Numbered from the whole stretch's first letter, positions 36,725 through 50,202 are shown. The stretch is DNA of 63,857 bases, filler included, from Octopus bimaculoides (GCF_001194135.2; 12 parts of 11 records of this genome joined end to end with filler, not necessarily neighbours in it), one strand, 5' to 3'. Numbers and translations are program-made. The notes: a model not told the origin generated them from the sequence alone.

Positions 36725-38227
36725 GACGGGCTTATTTCAGTTTCCATCTCCCAAATCCACTCACAAAGCTTCAGTCAGCCCGATGCTATAGCAGAAGACA
36801 CCTGCCCAAGGTGCCATGCAGTGAGAGTGAACCTGCAGCCATGTGGTTGGGAAGCAAACCTTTAACCACACAACTATAAAGGTGATCGTAAAGTAATGGT
36901 TCACAAAAAAAAAAAACAACAGAAAATATAAAAATAACAACAAAAACACAAAAACTGCTGCTTCAGATTTGATCTTATTTTGGTTTATTCAATTATTGAA
37001 GTTTGAAAAATATGCTCATGGTAATATGATACGCAGGCTCAGCAGCTAATTAAGTCCTTCTCAACAACAGTCTTGGTCGAATGTGCCTTGAACGCTGTTG
37101 CGAAAATATTGCGTTAGAAAAAGGACAGTTCGAGCCGAAGTAACAGGATGCATTTTCTCAGTGTCTAGTTTAATTTCCCTCCAAAATGAGCATTAAATTA
37201 AATGGCAGTTTTGATGTAAGAGGATTTCGTCATTATCCTCTATATTTTATTATGATGATACTTAAAGTAATCTTGCTCATCCGACCAAGATATTTCGTAT
37301 TCCATCGAATCAAAGCTTTATGTTCCATTCAAATGAAAGCTTGTAATAGTATAGTTGATGACAAACTACTGAATGACGAAAATATGATGGGTGACGGTTG
37401 TAGCAGAGTGTCGGAACGAGCTGAAACAAATCTGGGATCAGATGTAGTGAATATGACGTGCCGATCTGAATACAACTGTGAAATGCATTGTGGTAATTTC
37501 CTCGATTTGTGCCTCTAATAATCATACAAGAGATGCATATGTATATATATATATATCCACACACGCACATCTATATAAATAAATGAGAGTATGTGTAAGT
37601 ATATATATATATATATATATGTCCTATGGGCTTCTTTCAGTTTTCGACTACTAAACCCAATCACAAGGCTTTGGTCGGCCCAAGGCTATAGTAGACGACA
37701 ATTGTCGAAGGTGCCACGCAGTAGGCCTGAGACCAGAAACGCCTGGTTGGGAAGCAAGTTTCTTACCACGGCCATGCTGGGGCACTACTCTGAAGGGTTT
37801 AATCGAACAAGTCGATCACAGGACTTACTTTTTAAAAAATAACTTGGTACTATGTATGTTTATGTATGTATGTATGTATGTATGTATGTATATGAATGTA
37901 TTTACATATATGTATCTGTATATGTATATATGTATATATATATGCATGTATATATATGCATATGTGTAAATATATAAGCACTTATATAAGCACATTTGTT
38001 ACAAATACATACACACACACACAACATACATGATGTATACATAATCAACAGGTGAAACCCAAAGATGCTTAGTATAGAAAACACGCTGTAATACTCAACT
38101 GATTTGAAGTTACACTAAAAATTATGAACATTACAACTATCATGTAATCCTGAGCCCTTAAAAACAGCTGTCAGATTTGAAATACCAAACCTTCTTCATT
38201 TAGTTTTCTGTATTTTTTGTAAATCCA

Positions 38228-38299
<72 letters not shown>

Positions 38300-38303
<4 letters not shown>

Positions 38304-38530
38304 GGGTTGGCAAAAGTAGCCCCACAGTAAATTAAAATTCGATAAACATTTAATGTTCAACTTATTTATTTATTCCAATTATGAATGTTTACAAGGGCTC
38401 CAGTTTGAACAATTTTCTTTCGTTTCATATTTAGCTGGTTTTATTAAATCAATTCAGTCGTTAGACATAAAAAAATCTTGGACTTAATTGGATTTGAGTT
38501 ACTGTCAGGTAACTTTTGACCAATCCTGTG
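38300..38530. mobile_element. Tc1/mariner-type MITE
   Basis: TIRs cacagggttggcaaaagta / taacttttgaccaatcctgtg within (TA)/(CA) microsatellites. A related end cagggtgagccaaaagtc begins at 28898. Confidence 0.7.
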
Positions 38531-38552
38531 TATACATACATACATACATACA

Positions 38553-38583
<31 letters not shown>

Positions 38584-38727
38584 GATGTTCATACGAATAT
38601 TTTCAGTTTTCGGTTCTCTCTGTATCTACATATCTCTCTCCTTATATGTATAAATATGTATATATATATGTATGTATACACACACACATTCACACACTTA
38701 CATATGTATATACGTACGTATGCATGC

Positions 38728-38783
<56 letters not shown>

Positions 38784-39440
38784 GTATGTATTCATACATG
38801 TATGTATACATATATATGAAAAAAATGAATAAAAATATATTTTCTGATAATTTTCCCACAAATTATAAGCGTCGTATTATTTTAGTGGAAAAATTATCAG
38901 TTAGACCATTTCTATTCATTTTTTCAAATATACAATTCNNNNNNNNNNATATATATAAATATATGCATAAATGTTTGTTTTCATGTCCAGTTGTAATAAA
39001 AACAATTTTACATTAATCTGATGGGTTACGCTATACTTTTGTAAAGTACAAATCTATTATTCGCATTTAGTTGATCAGCATATATATATATGTTTATATA
39101 TCTATGTATCTATATCTATATGTATATATGTGTGTGTGTATATATATACATGTGTATACACATACACACACACACACATATATATTTACCTGTGTATATG
39201 AATGTATATTTTAGATATCAAGCCCAAACGTGTTCATCACTCTCTCTCTTTCTTTATCTCTCTCTCTTTCTTTATCTCTCTCTCTTTCTTTATCTCTCTC
39301 TCTCTCTATTTAATTATAATTTTTTTGTCTACGTTTTGTTTGCAACGTCCTGTACCCAGATATGCACCTATATATACAGGTAGATGAAGGTATGCACATA
39401 CTTGTACGTATATATGCATATACTCATTTATTATTTGTTT

Positions 39441-39511
<71 letters not shown>

Positions 39512-40306
39512 TATGTATGTATGTATATATGCATATGTGTATATCCCATCATCACTGTTTCTTCCGTGACTGCCACAGCTACTCGATGTTGTACCATTCC
39601 AGACGCAGTGACTGTCAGCATCTACCATGAATACCTGTCAGCATCCTCCATCACATACACAGAGGGGCTCCAGCGTTGATACCTGTCCCGTCCTTAATTC
39701 TGTGGGCTCAGGATTTACTCTACCTCTTCTTCCCCCCGACTTCCTTCAGCCGTTCTCTGAGAAATGATTCTGGACTGTAAGTCCGTGCAGTTTACGTGTC
39801 TGTGCAAGGTAAGTTTTTGATGATTCATTAAGCTGCAGTGCTGGCCAGTATGTTTTGGGAACTTGTTGCAATATGTGCAAGCGTTTTAAAGCATTCGTAT
39901 TTGCACACCTGGTTTCTTTCTTGTGTGTTGGCCCTAATTGCTCAGCTTTTGCAGCCTACTTTTGCAAACAGAAACACACACGCACTCGCGCATAGACACA
40001 CACAGACAAACACACACGCGCGCAGGCACACACAAATATGCACACACACACAGAGCGAATGAAAGAGACAGGCAGAGAGAGAGAGAGACAGAGAGAGAGA
40101 GAGAACGTGAGAGAGAGAGAGAGGGCGGGTAAAAAAAGGTTTCTAGTTAAATAACAGATGAGGGCTAACACATGCAAAAAGGTATGATTCACCTGCAGGG
40201 CTATTAGTATTTCTCTGCATATACATATATACATACATACACACACACACATGTATGTATGTATGTATGTATGTATGTATGTATGTATATATGTATGTAT
40301 GTATGC

Positions 40307-40350
<44 letters not shown>

Positions 40351-43170
40351 NNNNNNNNNNNNNNNNNNNNNNNNNNNNNNNNNNNNNNNNNNNNTTAATT
40401 AATTAANNNNNNNNNNNNNNNNNNNNNNNNNNNNNNNNNNNNNNNNNNNNAATAAAAAAAAATTCATCATGTGACTGATGATGCCTGAAGCTAATGATCA
40501 AACAAATCTTTGCTGGGAAAGTCTACAGAAAGTCAAGCAGTATATAAGAAACAACACAAATGCCAAACATATTCAATCCAATTCTTGAAATTGAGAATGT
40601 AAGGGTTTAGAAATATCTGATATGGATTTAGGAACGTTACTGTTCCAAACCAACTGTAAAAAACTAGTAAGAAAATCTGAAAAATCCAAACTAAAAGAGA
40701 TAAAACTTAAAACAGGTATGTAATGGAACATATAAATCACTATCACCAGTGAGCATCTGTATTCCACGCAAGTATGGAATGGACAATCTGACAGGTCAGC
40801 AGACTGCGCCAAGCCAAAGGGTCTGTTTAAGAACAGCTTCTACAGCTGGATGCACCTCCTAATGCCAACTGCTTTACATTGTGTTCTGGCATTAGTAAAA
40901 ATGGTTTGTCAAGCACAGCAAATCAGCAGTCATCTTGGTCTTTTGTCAACCNNNNNNNNNNGGTTTGTCAAGCACAGCAAATCAGCAGTCATCTTGGTCT
41001 TTTGTCAACCCTTCCATGACACTCAACACCTCAAGGTCAGTCTTTACAATTCTTCTTTCACAACTTTCTCGATTCTCTTCGTCCAAACATCTCATCCACA
41101 TTTTAGCAATCAACATCTTACACACACACACACAGATATTTACATATATTTTGGGTGAACTGAATGTATGTACCATTTGCAAACAGGGTTTTTTCTTCTT
41201 AGACCCTCATGTAGTTTGGATGACATTGTACAAATGATTAACACTGTACTAAGATATAGAGAAATGTACCTACTTAAGGGCTACTAAAACCTATGTATCC
41301 CTGGTTGAATTGATGATTGCCAGCCCAATACATTTTATGCACAAATCATAATAGCTATATCAATATTTGTGAATCTCACCATCTTATGTCATTGCTACTT
41401 CTAAAATAGTTAATGAGTTCAAAAAATAGTTTCTAAGAGAATCTAAACAATGTATCATTCAAGAATATTATGGTGAATAATATTTTAGTGGGGACTATTT
41501 CGGTGGAATTTCAATATCAATTTCATCAATGTACAAGATGGGAAAAAGACAAAGGAAATTCGAAAACAAGAGAAAGATAATGGCTTCTATGTTGAAAAAC
41601 TTAATAATTTGTGCCTTACAGTAAACAAGTTGGAATATAAAATAATTTGCTATTTTCAGTCAATTATTCTTCAACAAGGCAACAAATGAAACAATAACCT
41701 CATTCTATTTTCTTTCAAAAACTTTCGTTCTTTATTTTATTTATTCCATCCTTTTAGAATATTTCATGCATTTAATTAGCATTTTTAAAATTTTCCTGTT
41801 TATAGAGTCGTAACGTGTCTACATGTTAACAGGGTGGTGATATATATTTAGCACCATTCTGTCCACAGGAGAATACCCAAATACTGCAGCACCATCCTGC
41901 AAGCAAGTGTGTAGAACACAAACTTCACCCATTTTCTTACCTTATCTTCCCAGTCTCAAATCTTAAATAATTGGCACAAATTTCCATACAAATATACCAC
42001 CATTTTGTATACGTCCAGATATAGTGCCAGTCTGGTGAGGGAGCATATATCTTGTCATATGCCAAGGCAGTCTTTGAAACACATCTTCCATGCTGATAGC
42101 TTTTTGTGGAGTCACCTANNNNNNNNNNGTCTTTGAAACACATCTTCCATGCTGATAGCTTTTTGTGGAGTCACCTAGTGTGTCATTTAGTTTGAATATT
42201 GAGAGCATGTTAGGTATGTTACAATGGCTTATGTTCTGAATGTTTTGGGTATTGTTCAATTATATTTAAAAGATGAGATAGTATGTTGTAATGATGCTTC
42301 AGTCACTGGCATTTAAATTTGCATTTTTACCACTTTAATTGCAGCTATTCATGTTTGTGTGTCTGTTTAATCGTTTGGAGTTTTCTTTCCCATTCTTTTT
42401 AAATTAGTAGTTTATGTTTCACAAATGTTGTAGGAGTGAAACACGAGCTGTGGCTAACAACTTCTCTTGTCATCAGGTGACCATGGTAAACTACAATCAA
42501 AAGTAAAATGGGTTGTTACAGACATAGACCCAGCACAAATATTTAAGGATGAACCTTATTTTCCACAAAGTGTAATGAGATAAACAATTAAATACTCTAA
42601 ATTAGCCCTTTACTTCATCAAACCAACTCCTTACCACAATTTCTTACCATTTAACCCTGGAAGAAACCATCTTGTAAACAATTTGAGCCATNNNNNNNNN
42701 NCTTACCATTTAACCCTGGAAGAAACCATCTTGTAAACAATTTGAGCCATCAGAAAATTTATTACATTATACTGAAAGGAAAAATATATATTTTAAAATA
42801 ATTGACCGTTTCTAAAATTAAAGATGAGATGTCATTACAGATTGACTTAATTAAATAATGAAGCTAGTCACTACAATTATATCCCTGTACAAACTACACA
42901 ATGATTATTGCAGTAGTGAAATTTCTTCTGCCACTGCCAACATGTTGCTATCATCTACCTATGTTATATCTGTGTGCGTGCTTTGACAATTTTCTAAACA
43001 GGTTTACTGGGCCTTGCTAAAAAGAGACTCACAAATAACGACTACAGAATTGAAAGTCCAATTTTTTATANNNNNNNNNNNNNNNNNNNNNNNNNNNNNN
43101 NNNNNNNNNNNNNNTTAATTAATTAANNNNNNNNNNNNNNNNNNNNNNNNNNNNNNNNNNNNNNNNNNNN

Positions 43171-43205
<35 letters not shown>

Positions 43206-43334
43206 TATAGATAGATAGATATAGATAGATATAGAAAGACAGATACACACATACACACACACACACACATATATATACACATACGTATATAAATATATAC
43301 ATATGTGTGTATATATAGGTTTATATATCTATAT

Positions 43335-44430
43335 ATCATCATCATCGTTTAATGTCCGCTTTCCATGCTAGCATGGGTTGGACGATTTCACTGAGGACTG
43401 GTGAACTCAATGGTTGCTCCAGGCTCCAATCTGATCTGGCAGAGTTTCTACAGCTGGATGCCCTTCCTAATGCCAACCACTCCAAGAGTGTAGTAGGTAC
43501 TTTTACGTGCCACCGGCACAAGGGACAGTCACACGGTACTGGTAACGGCCATGCTCAAAATGATGTTTTTTACGTGCCACCTGTACAGGAGCCAGTCCAG
43601 CGGCACTCGCAATGACCTCGCTCGATTGATTTTCTAACATGCCACCAGCACAAGTCCCAGTAAGGTGACGCTGTTAACGATCATGCTCAAATGGTGCTAT
43701 TTACGTGCCACTAGCAAGAAGCCAGACAGCTGCTCTGGCAATGATAACACTCGGACAGTGCTGTTAGTGCTCCAGTGGCACAGGTGCCAGTCATCGAATA
43801 TGGTTCAATTACGATTTCGATTTCACTTGCCCCAACAGGTCTTCGCAAGCAGAGTTTAGTGTCCAATGAAGGAGAGGTTGGCATGGCTGCCAGTCGTCAA
43901 ATTTGGTTCGATTTCGATTTCAAATTCACTTGCCTTAACAGGTCTTCGCAAGCAGAGTTTAGTGTCCAGTGAAGTAAAGATATGAATAAGTGAGCTGGCT
44001 ACACTTTTGGCAGAGCCACAGATTATGCTCTCACTTGGCTTGCCAGGTCTTCTCACATACTGCATATTTCCAAAGGTCCCGCTCACTAAAGTTCAAAGGT
44101 CGTGGTCACCACCTCATCCCATGTCTTCCTGGGTTTACCTCTTCCACAGGTTCCCTCAACATCCATCGGAGCATACTGGCTTCGTTTCTTGCGAGCTTAC
44201 GCATGTCCTCAGCAGTCACGGCCCATGTTTCACTGCCATGTAGCATGGTGGTTCGTACACATGCGTCATACAGTCTGCCTTTCTCTCTGAGTGAGAGGCC
44301 CTTTGTCACCAGCAGAGGTAAGAGCTCTCTGAACTTTGCCCAGGCTATACTTATTCAAGCAGCTACGCTTTCAGTGCACCCTCCCCCGCTACAAGATTGG
44401 TCACCTAGATAGCGGAAGCTATCAACTTCC
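43335..44430 (-). mobile_element. RTE-clade LINE 3' fragment with 3' UTR and (GAT)n tail
   Basis: EVDSFRYLGDQ..GGGCTESVAA and TKGLSLREKGRLYDACVRTTMLHGSETWAVTAEDMRKLARNEASMLRWM. 3' end ..CAACCCATGCTAGCATGGAAAGCGGACATTAAACGATGATGATG. Confidence 0.9.
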
Positions 44431-44755
44431 GCTATATATATATACATATATATATATATNNNNNNNNNNNNNNNNNNNNNNNNNNNNNNNNNNNNNNNNN
44501 NNNNNNNNNNNNNNNNNNNNNNNNNNNNNNNNNNNNNNNNNNNNNNNNNNNNNNNNNNNNNNNNNNNNNNNNNNNNNNNNNNNNNNNNNNNNNNNNNNNN
44601 NNNNNNNNNNNNNNNNNNNNNNNNNNNNNNNNNNNNNNNNNNNNNNNNNNNNNNNNNNNNNNNNNNNNNNNNNNNNNNNNNNNNNNNNNNNNNNNNNNNN
44701 NNNNNNNNNNNNNNNNNNNNNNNNNNNNNNNNNNNNNNNNNNNNNNNNNNNNNNN

Positions 44756-44790
<35 letters not shown>

Positions 44791-45051
44791 ATATGTATGT
44801 ATACATAGACACATACATACATACATATATGCATGTATGCATATACACACACATACATACATATATGCATATATATATACTGTCCACTAAGCCCATCTTA
44901 CTGCCTCTTCATCTCATATTTCTTCACTGTCCTTGTGTAACTCTCATCTCTTCATCACTCACAGCAAACTGTTTCCAGGCTTACTTCTATTACCTCTCCT
45001 TCCCTCTCTATCTTACTCTTTCTCTGTGTGCATGCGTGAGTGTATGTATAT

Positions 45052-45322
45052 ATCATCATCATCATCATCATCGTTTAACGTCCGCTTTCCATGCTAGCAT
45101 GGGTTGGACGATTTGACTGAGGACTGGTGAAACCGGATGGCAACACCAGGCTCCAATCTAAATGTGGCAGAGTTTCTACAGCTGGATGCCCTTCCTAACG
45201 CCAACCACTCAGGGAGTGTAGTAGGTGCTTTTACGTGTCACCTGCACGAAGGCCAGTCAGGCGATACTGGCAACGGCCATGCTCGAAATGGTGTCTTTTA
45301 TGTGCCACCCACACAAGCCAGT
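45052..45322 (-). mobile_element. RTE 3' UTR/tail copy
   Basis: Near-identical to 43335-43570, (CAT)n on the + strand, runs into a gap. Confidence 0.85.
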
Positions 45323-46471
45323 NNNNNNNNNNNNNNNNNNNNNNNNNNNNNNNNNNNNNNNNNNNNTTAATTAATTAANNNNNNNNNNNNNNNNNNNNNN
45401 NNNNNNNNNNNNNNNNNNNNNNTTACGAGAGGTCATTTATCTCTGGAAGCCTTCTTCAACTGAATAACCAAGTTTCTTGCATTGAACAGGTTACCCTGTT
45501 AGAAATTACTTATCACATGACCATCAGCCTGAGTCATGTGATGTGGTAAGCATGTAAATTGTGTGAAGCAGACAACACTGCCATATGAGTGATATATATA
45601 CTTGAAAAAACAAATTATAAGAAAGGTTTTAAACTGCACCATTTATATATCTTTGATTAAAATTTTAAAGACTACATGTTTATTATGGACTTCTGGTCAC
45701 ACGTGTGCAATGATATACAGCAACTGGCCTGAGCATTACCTGCACCATACCTATACCTGTGTGTCCCAAGGAATGTCTTTCCTTAAATTTTAAAGAAAAG
45801 CATATCATTTCTTAATGAGATTTTCTATAAATATGCTTCAGATAATATAAATTCCAATTCTATTGGAATTTGTTCTGTAAAAAATGTTTCAAAACAAACA
45901 TCTGACATGTATCAGTATTTATGTCTGCTATCTCACCAATTTTTATTTTCATATTAAATTCCATTTTTATCGTAATATACACACTCCTAAAGGTATTTGT
46001 GGAAATTTTCAATCAAAAATAACCATCTTCCCAAAAGTTATGAGGAAACAAATTTGACTTGTGTGAATTTTCTGAAACTCCTCTCTCCACTCCCTCAAAA
46101 ACATTTTTTTCACAGCAAATTCCCAACTTATTGGAATCTACACCATCTGAAGCATGTTTTAATAAATGTTTTAAGCAAACAAGTTTTATAGGAGGGTGAA
46201 GATCACATTTCACTAACGAGTTTCACTGTTTTCAGATTTTGAAAGTTTCAAGTATGTTCTTCAATGTATTTTTAGTCCATGTGGTGCAAGAAATAAATGG
46301 AAATACTGTTATATAGCCTTGTCGCCATATAAAAGATGGGGAAGATGTGACTACAAGTTAGCATGTATTCTTTTGCTAAATCATATTTTCAGAAAGGAAT
46401 ATCGTTACTATTTATGTGGAATAAAATGGTTCTTTTAAGAGTGAGAAGAATGTCTAATTGTTTATTTTCAG

Positions 46472-46608
46472 AAACCACATCATCAAACACATCCCTTCTT
46501 GGTCCACAACAGGAATCATCCTCTATGACACCCAGAACTAATGAGACATCCAGAGAAAATGCTGGCATCAAAATAAACCTAATGATTGATTCAATTACTA
46601 ATGCATCT
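46472..46608 (+). CDS. Exon of macrodomain (macro-PARP, PARP14/9/15-like) gene: Ser/Thr-rich linker plus first beta strand of the macro fold
   Basis: Acceptor tttattttcag|AAACC and donor GCATCT|gtgagt. 137 nt, phase 1 to phase 0. Reads (E)TTSSNTSLLGPQQESSSMTPRTNETSRENAGIKINLMIDSITNAS and joins in frame to the next exon (VDVIIN). Confidence 0.8.
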
Positions 46609-46873
46609 GTGAGTAAATAGATTCATGTAGCTTATCTATATTTGCTTGTTATTTCATTTCCAAATAAGGAATCGTTAAAGTTAATTAAATCATTTTCTCA
46701 GTCAAACTCAAACATTCTATTTCCTTCACATCTGATATCTTGAGTATATCCTTTGTTAACTTTAACAACCTCCAACTTACTACAACCATTCTGTAGAGCC
46801 TTTCTTAACAACAATATCCTATCTTCTCTCCATGGAATGTTCCTTGGTTGTTTACCATAAATTACTTTTGTAG

Positions 46874-47101
46874 GTTGATGTCATCATTAACACCACCAAT
46901 AAAAACCTCCAGCTTAACAATGGTTCTATCTCCAAATTTATTCTCAAAGCTGCTGGCTCAGAGATGCAAGTTGAATGTAACCAGAAATATCCTCAAGGTA
47001 TTTCTACATCTGAAATAGCCATCACTGAAGGCTATAAACTCAACTGTAAGAAAGTATTTCATCTGACATTACCTTCCTGGGATGAAGATTCCTCTGATTT
47101 A
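46874..47101 (+). CDS. Exon of macrodomain gene (N-terminal half of macro domain)
   Basis: Acceptor acttttgtag|GTTGAT and donor GATTTA|gtaagt. 228 nt = 76 codons, no stops: VDVIINTTNKNLQLNNGSISKFILKAAGSEMQVECNQKYPQGISTSEIAITEGYKLNCKKVFHLTLPSWDEDSSDL. Matches the macrodomain pattern DVIVN..L.L..G.SK.IL.AAG.E.Q.EC....IT.G..L.CK.V.H...P.W. Not in the ORF track because it lacks a start codon. Confidence 0.92.
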
Positions 47102-47680
47102 GTAAGTATCAATCATATGATATTGATTTATTGAAACGGTTAATAATTGAAGAGAATCTTATGCATGTTGTGTGAGAATCCTAAAGCAAATGATAGCATC
47201 CTGTTTAATATTTGTTATTCCAAGTTTTCATTGGTAGGAAGCAGAAGATATCGATGAACAGAAAATCTTTTATATATAAATAGAATGAAAAAAGCCTCAA
47301 GGCCTAACAACAGTTCTATGACTGGTAAAGAAGACTATATTAAAACATATTTCTGTGTTTTACTGTCTGTATTAGTGTGTTTTCTCTCTCATGGCACTAG
47401 CACTAGAGAGGTTGCCATGTCCTCCCCAACACTAAAGACTCCTCTTGGGTCTGTATTGTCTCTCTTCATTCACCAACCATTTTACACGGAGGATTGAGTC
47501 TGTTTTATTGTAGCAGCATCATGAGTGAGGTTGCCTTGTCCCTTGCAGGACTAAAGAGTGATAAGAATGACAGTTGTGAGAGGAGAATATATTTATTACA
47601 ACTTAATGTTTTCTTCCTGTAACAAAAAAATAATTCAATAAAATGTTCATTATCAATTCCTATATGATTATTTTTTTTAG

Positions 47681-47908
47681 ATTCTGGCAAACTTGACTCG
47701 AATAATAACCAATTGTCTAAAAATTGCTGAGAGAATGAGAGCAAAAAGGCTCGCATTTCCTATATTAGGAGCTGGAAAATTGAGGTACCCCATTGAAAAA
47801 CTACCTGGAATTATGTATGAAGCAGTGAAAAACTACTCAAATGTAAATTCAAGCCAGATCAAAGTTGTAAACTTTGTTGTTTATCCTCAAGACACAGAAA
47901 TAGTAAAG
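47681..47908 (+). CDS. Exon of macrodomain gene (C-terminal half of macro domain)
   Basis: Acceptor ttttttttag|ATTCTG and donor GTAAAG|gttggt. 228 nt = 76 codons: ILANLTRIITNCLKIAERMRAKRLAFPILGAGKLRYPIEKLPGIMYEAVKNYSNVNSSQIKVVNFVVYPQDTEIVK. Contains the SIAFPAIGTG.LGFP-type loop (LAFPILGAGKLRYP). Confidence 0.92.
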
Positions 47909-48129
47909 GTTGGTTGATGTATTTGTTGTTTGTTGTTTTATGTAGCAGAGGGAGGGGAGAGAAGGTGCAGAAAGGAGGTGGGGGAGGAACGGTATTCAGG
48001 ATGGGGAGGCGGTAGTATGTGCCTATTCTGCTCTCAGGTGATAGAGGAAATGGTGGGTGTTTGGGGATGCGTATGGAGTGGGGGAGAAGGTTGGCATGGC
48101 AGAGCCCCTCATGGACAGACGTTACCATT

Positions 48130-48310
48130 ATTAGGATATCAATTCTGTTGTGGTGGGCATGTCTTCTTGAGTACAGCAATGTACCATATATCTCATCGCT
48201 TTGTTTTCTCCTTCATAGGGCTCACTGCTTTGAGATTGGCCTTTAATTCTTCGTCCCATGTCTTCCTGGGGTCTCCCTCTTCTACAGATTCCAACAACAT
48301 CAAATTCCAA
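48130..48310 (-). mobile_element. RTE ORF C-terminal fragment in intron
   Basis: Minus translation VVGICRRGRP(K)KTWDEELKANLKAVSL..WYIAVLKKTC. A similar fragment lies at about 40960-41100 (VKTDLEVLSVMEGLTKDQDD). Confidence 0.65.
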
Positions 48311-50163
48311 CTTGATATTTTTCAAATTAACCCAAAACATATTCTGCAATTAATGAAGGAAATGACTAATAGCTAAAAAGTTTTTTTTTTTAGAAATAAT
48401 TAATAGCCAGAAGGTTTTTTTTAGAAATAATNNNNNNNNNNNNNNNNNNNNNNNNNNNNNNNNNNNNNNNNNNNNTTAATTAATTAANNNNNNNNNNNNN
48501 NNNNNNNNNNNNNNNNNNNNNNNNNNNNNNNTCTCCCATCCACCCATTCAGTTTCTTCCACATATATACACATATACACAAACATTCAATTTCACGCACT
48601 AGCATACCCATCCACCCATTCAGTTTCTTCTACACACACACACACACAGACACCTACTTGTACAAAATTATACACACACACACACACACACACACATACA
48701 CACGCATACATATACATGCTTGCGTCTTGTATAAATGCTTACATACACTTATATGTATATACTTACATTCCCATTGTATATATATATACACATACTCAAT
48801 TATACATACATACACATTTACATATACACATGCATCATATATGTTTATTACTAGCTTGCATACACGCATGGCGTGCACGCTTGCAACAAAAACAACAAGA
48901 ACAAGAATAGTGAGTCTGATTCCGTCTAGTATATGTGTGCGTGTGTGTGTTCGCGTGTGAGTGTGTGCGTGCGTGTGTGTGTGTGTGTGAAGTAGACTTT
49001 TAACGATACTATTCCGCTTGGGTCTTCTGCTATCGCCTGCTTCTTTGAATCTCATTATGACTAGAGCTTACTCAATTAAGCTGCTCTGCGTGTATGTGTA
49101 TTTGTACGTATATAGGTGCGTGTGTGTACGTGCGGGCGCGTGTTGTGCACCTGTGTGCGTGGGTAAGTCTGTATGTGCAGATGTGTGCAAGCACATATAC
49201 TGATGCATATTTGATCGAAATTTGTATAGACCCATAGGATGTAGTCCCGTTTGTAAAGTAGTATATGGAATAGCTTTTGTATGAAGGGATTTGATAGATT
49301 TACGGGACACAGTATATGTGTGCACGCGGACGCGTGCCCGTGTGTATGTATGTGTTTGTAGATGACATAGAAAACGGTTAAAAACAAGTGGACGTAGAAA
49401 ACCTTTCTTCAGCTATAGGAGCTAAAACGGAGGTGGTTTCAGCGCATTTCAAAGTTCTCCCACCCAACCCATTATCGCAATAAAATTCTGAAAGTAATTG
49501 CTACTGAGTGGACATATTTATTTAAATGGCTGCTCTCGATTGCGAACATTTTTAGTCCAGCCAGAAATTCATATGGCATTCCTTAATATGCTTAATGAAG
49601 TCCTGACTAACTGAAAGAAGTCTGCAATCTGTAGTCCCTTCGTCATTGAAATTTCATACGTCATTTAGATGTTGAAGGGACTTCTGAAACCCCATGCCTA
49701 AATGAGTTTGTGTGCATATATATANNNNNNNNNNNNNNNNNNNNNNNNNNNNNNNNNNNNNNNNNNNNNNNNNNNNNNNNNNNNNNNNNNNNNNNNNNNN
49801 NNNNNNNNNNNNNNNNNNNNNNNNNNNNNNNNNNNNNNNNNNNNNNNNNNNNNNNNNNNNNNNNNNNNNNNNNNNNNNNNNNNNNNNNNNNNNNNNNNNN
49901 NNNNNNNNNNNNNNNNNNNNNNNNNNNNNNNNNNNNNNNNNNNNNNNNNNNNNNNNNNNNNNNNNNNNNNNNNNNNNNNNNNNNNNNNNNNNNNNNNNNN
50001 NNNNNNNNNNNNNNNNNNNNNNNNNNNNNNNNNNNNNNNNNNNNNNNNNNNNNNNNNNNNNNNNNNNNNNNNNNNNNNNNNNNNNNNNNNNNNNNNNNNN
50101 NNNNNNNNNNNNNNNNNNNNNNNNNNNNNNNNNNNNNNNNNNNNNNNNNNNNNNNNNNNNNNN

Positions 50164-50199
<36 letters not shown>

Positions 50200-50202
<3 letters not shown>

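Noticed and set aside
37186-37518. 110-aa + ORF in unique DNA
   Set aside because: No recognisable domain and no clear exon boundaries; an overlapping minus ORF is equally featureless.
40463-40717. Selenoprotein or TGA=Trp (mitochondrial/mollicute) reading of the TGA-only frame
   Set aside because: Comparison with the 3.8-kb paralogue shows no synonymous bias in that frame, the paralogue is frameshifted, the peptide is not NUMT-like and no SECIS was identified. Kept only as an unexplained duplicate.
40903-41010. Exact 49-50 bp direct repeats around 10-N gaps (also 42070-42177 and 42643-42750)
   Set aside because: Unmerged contig overlaps, not biological tandem duplications.
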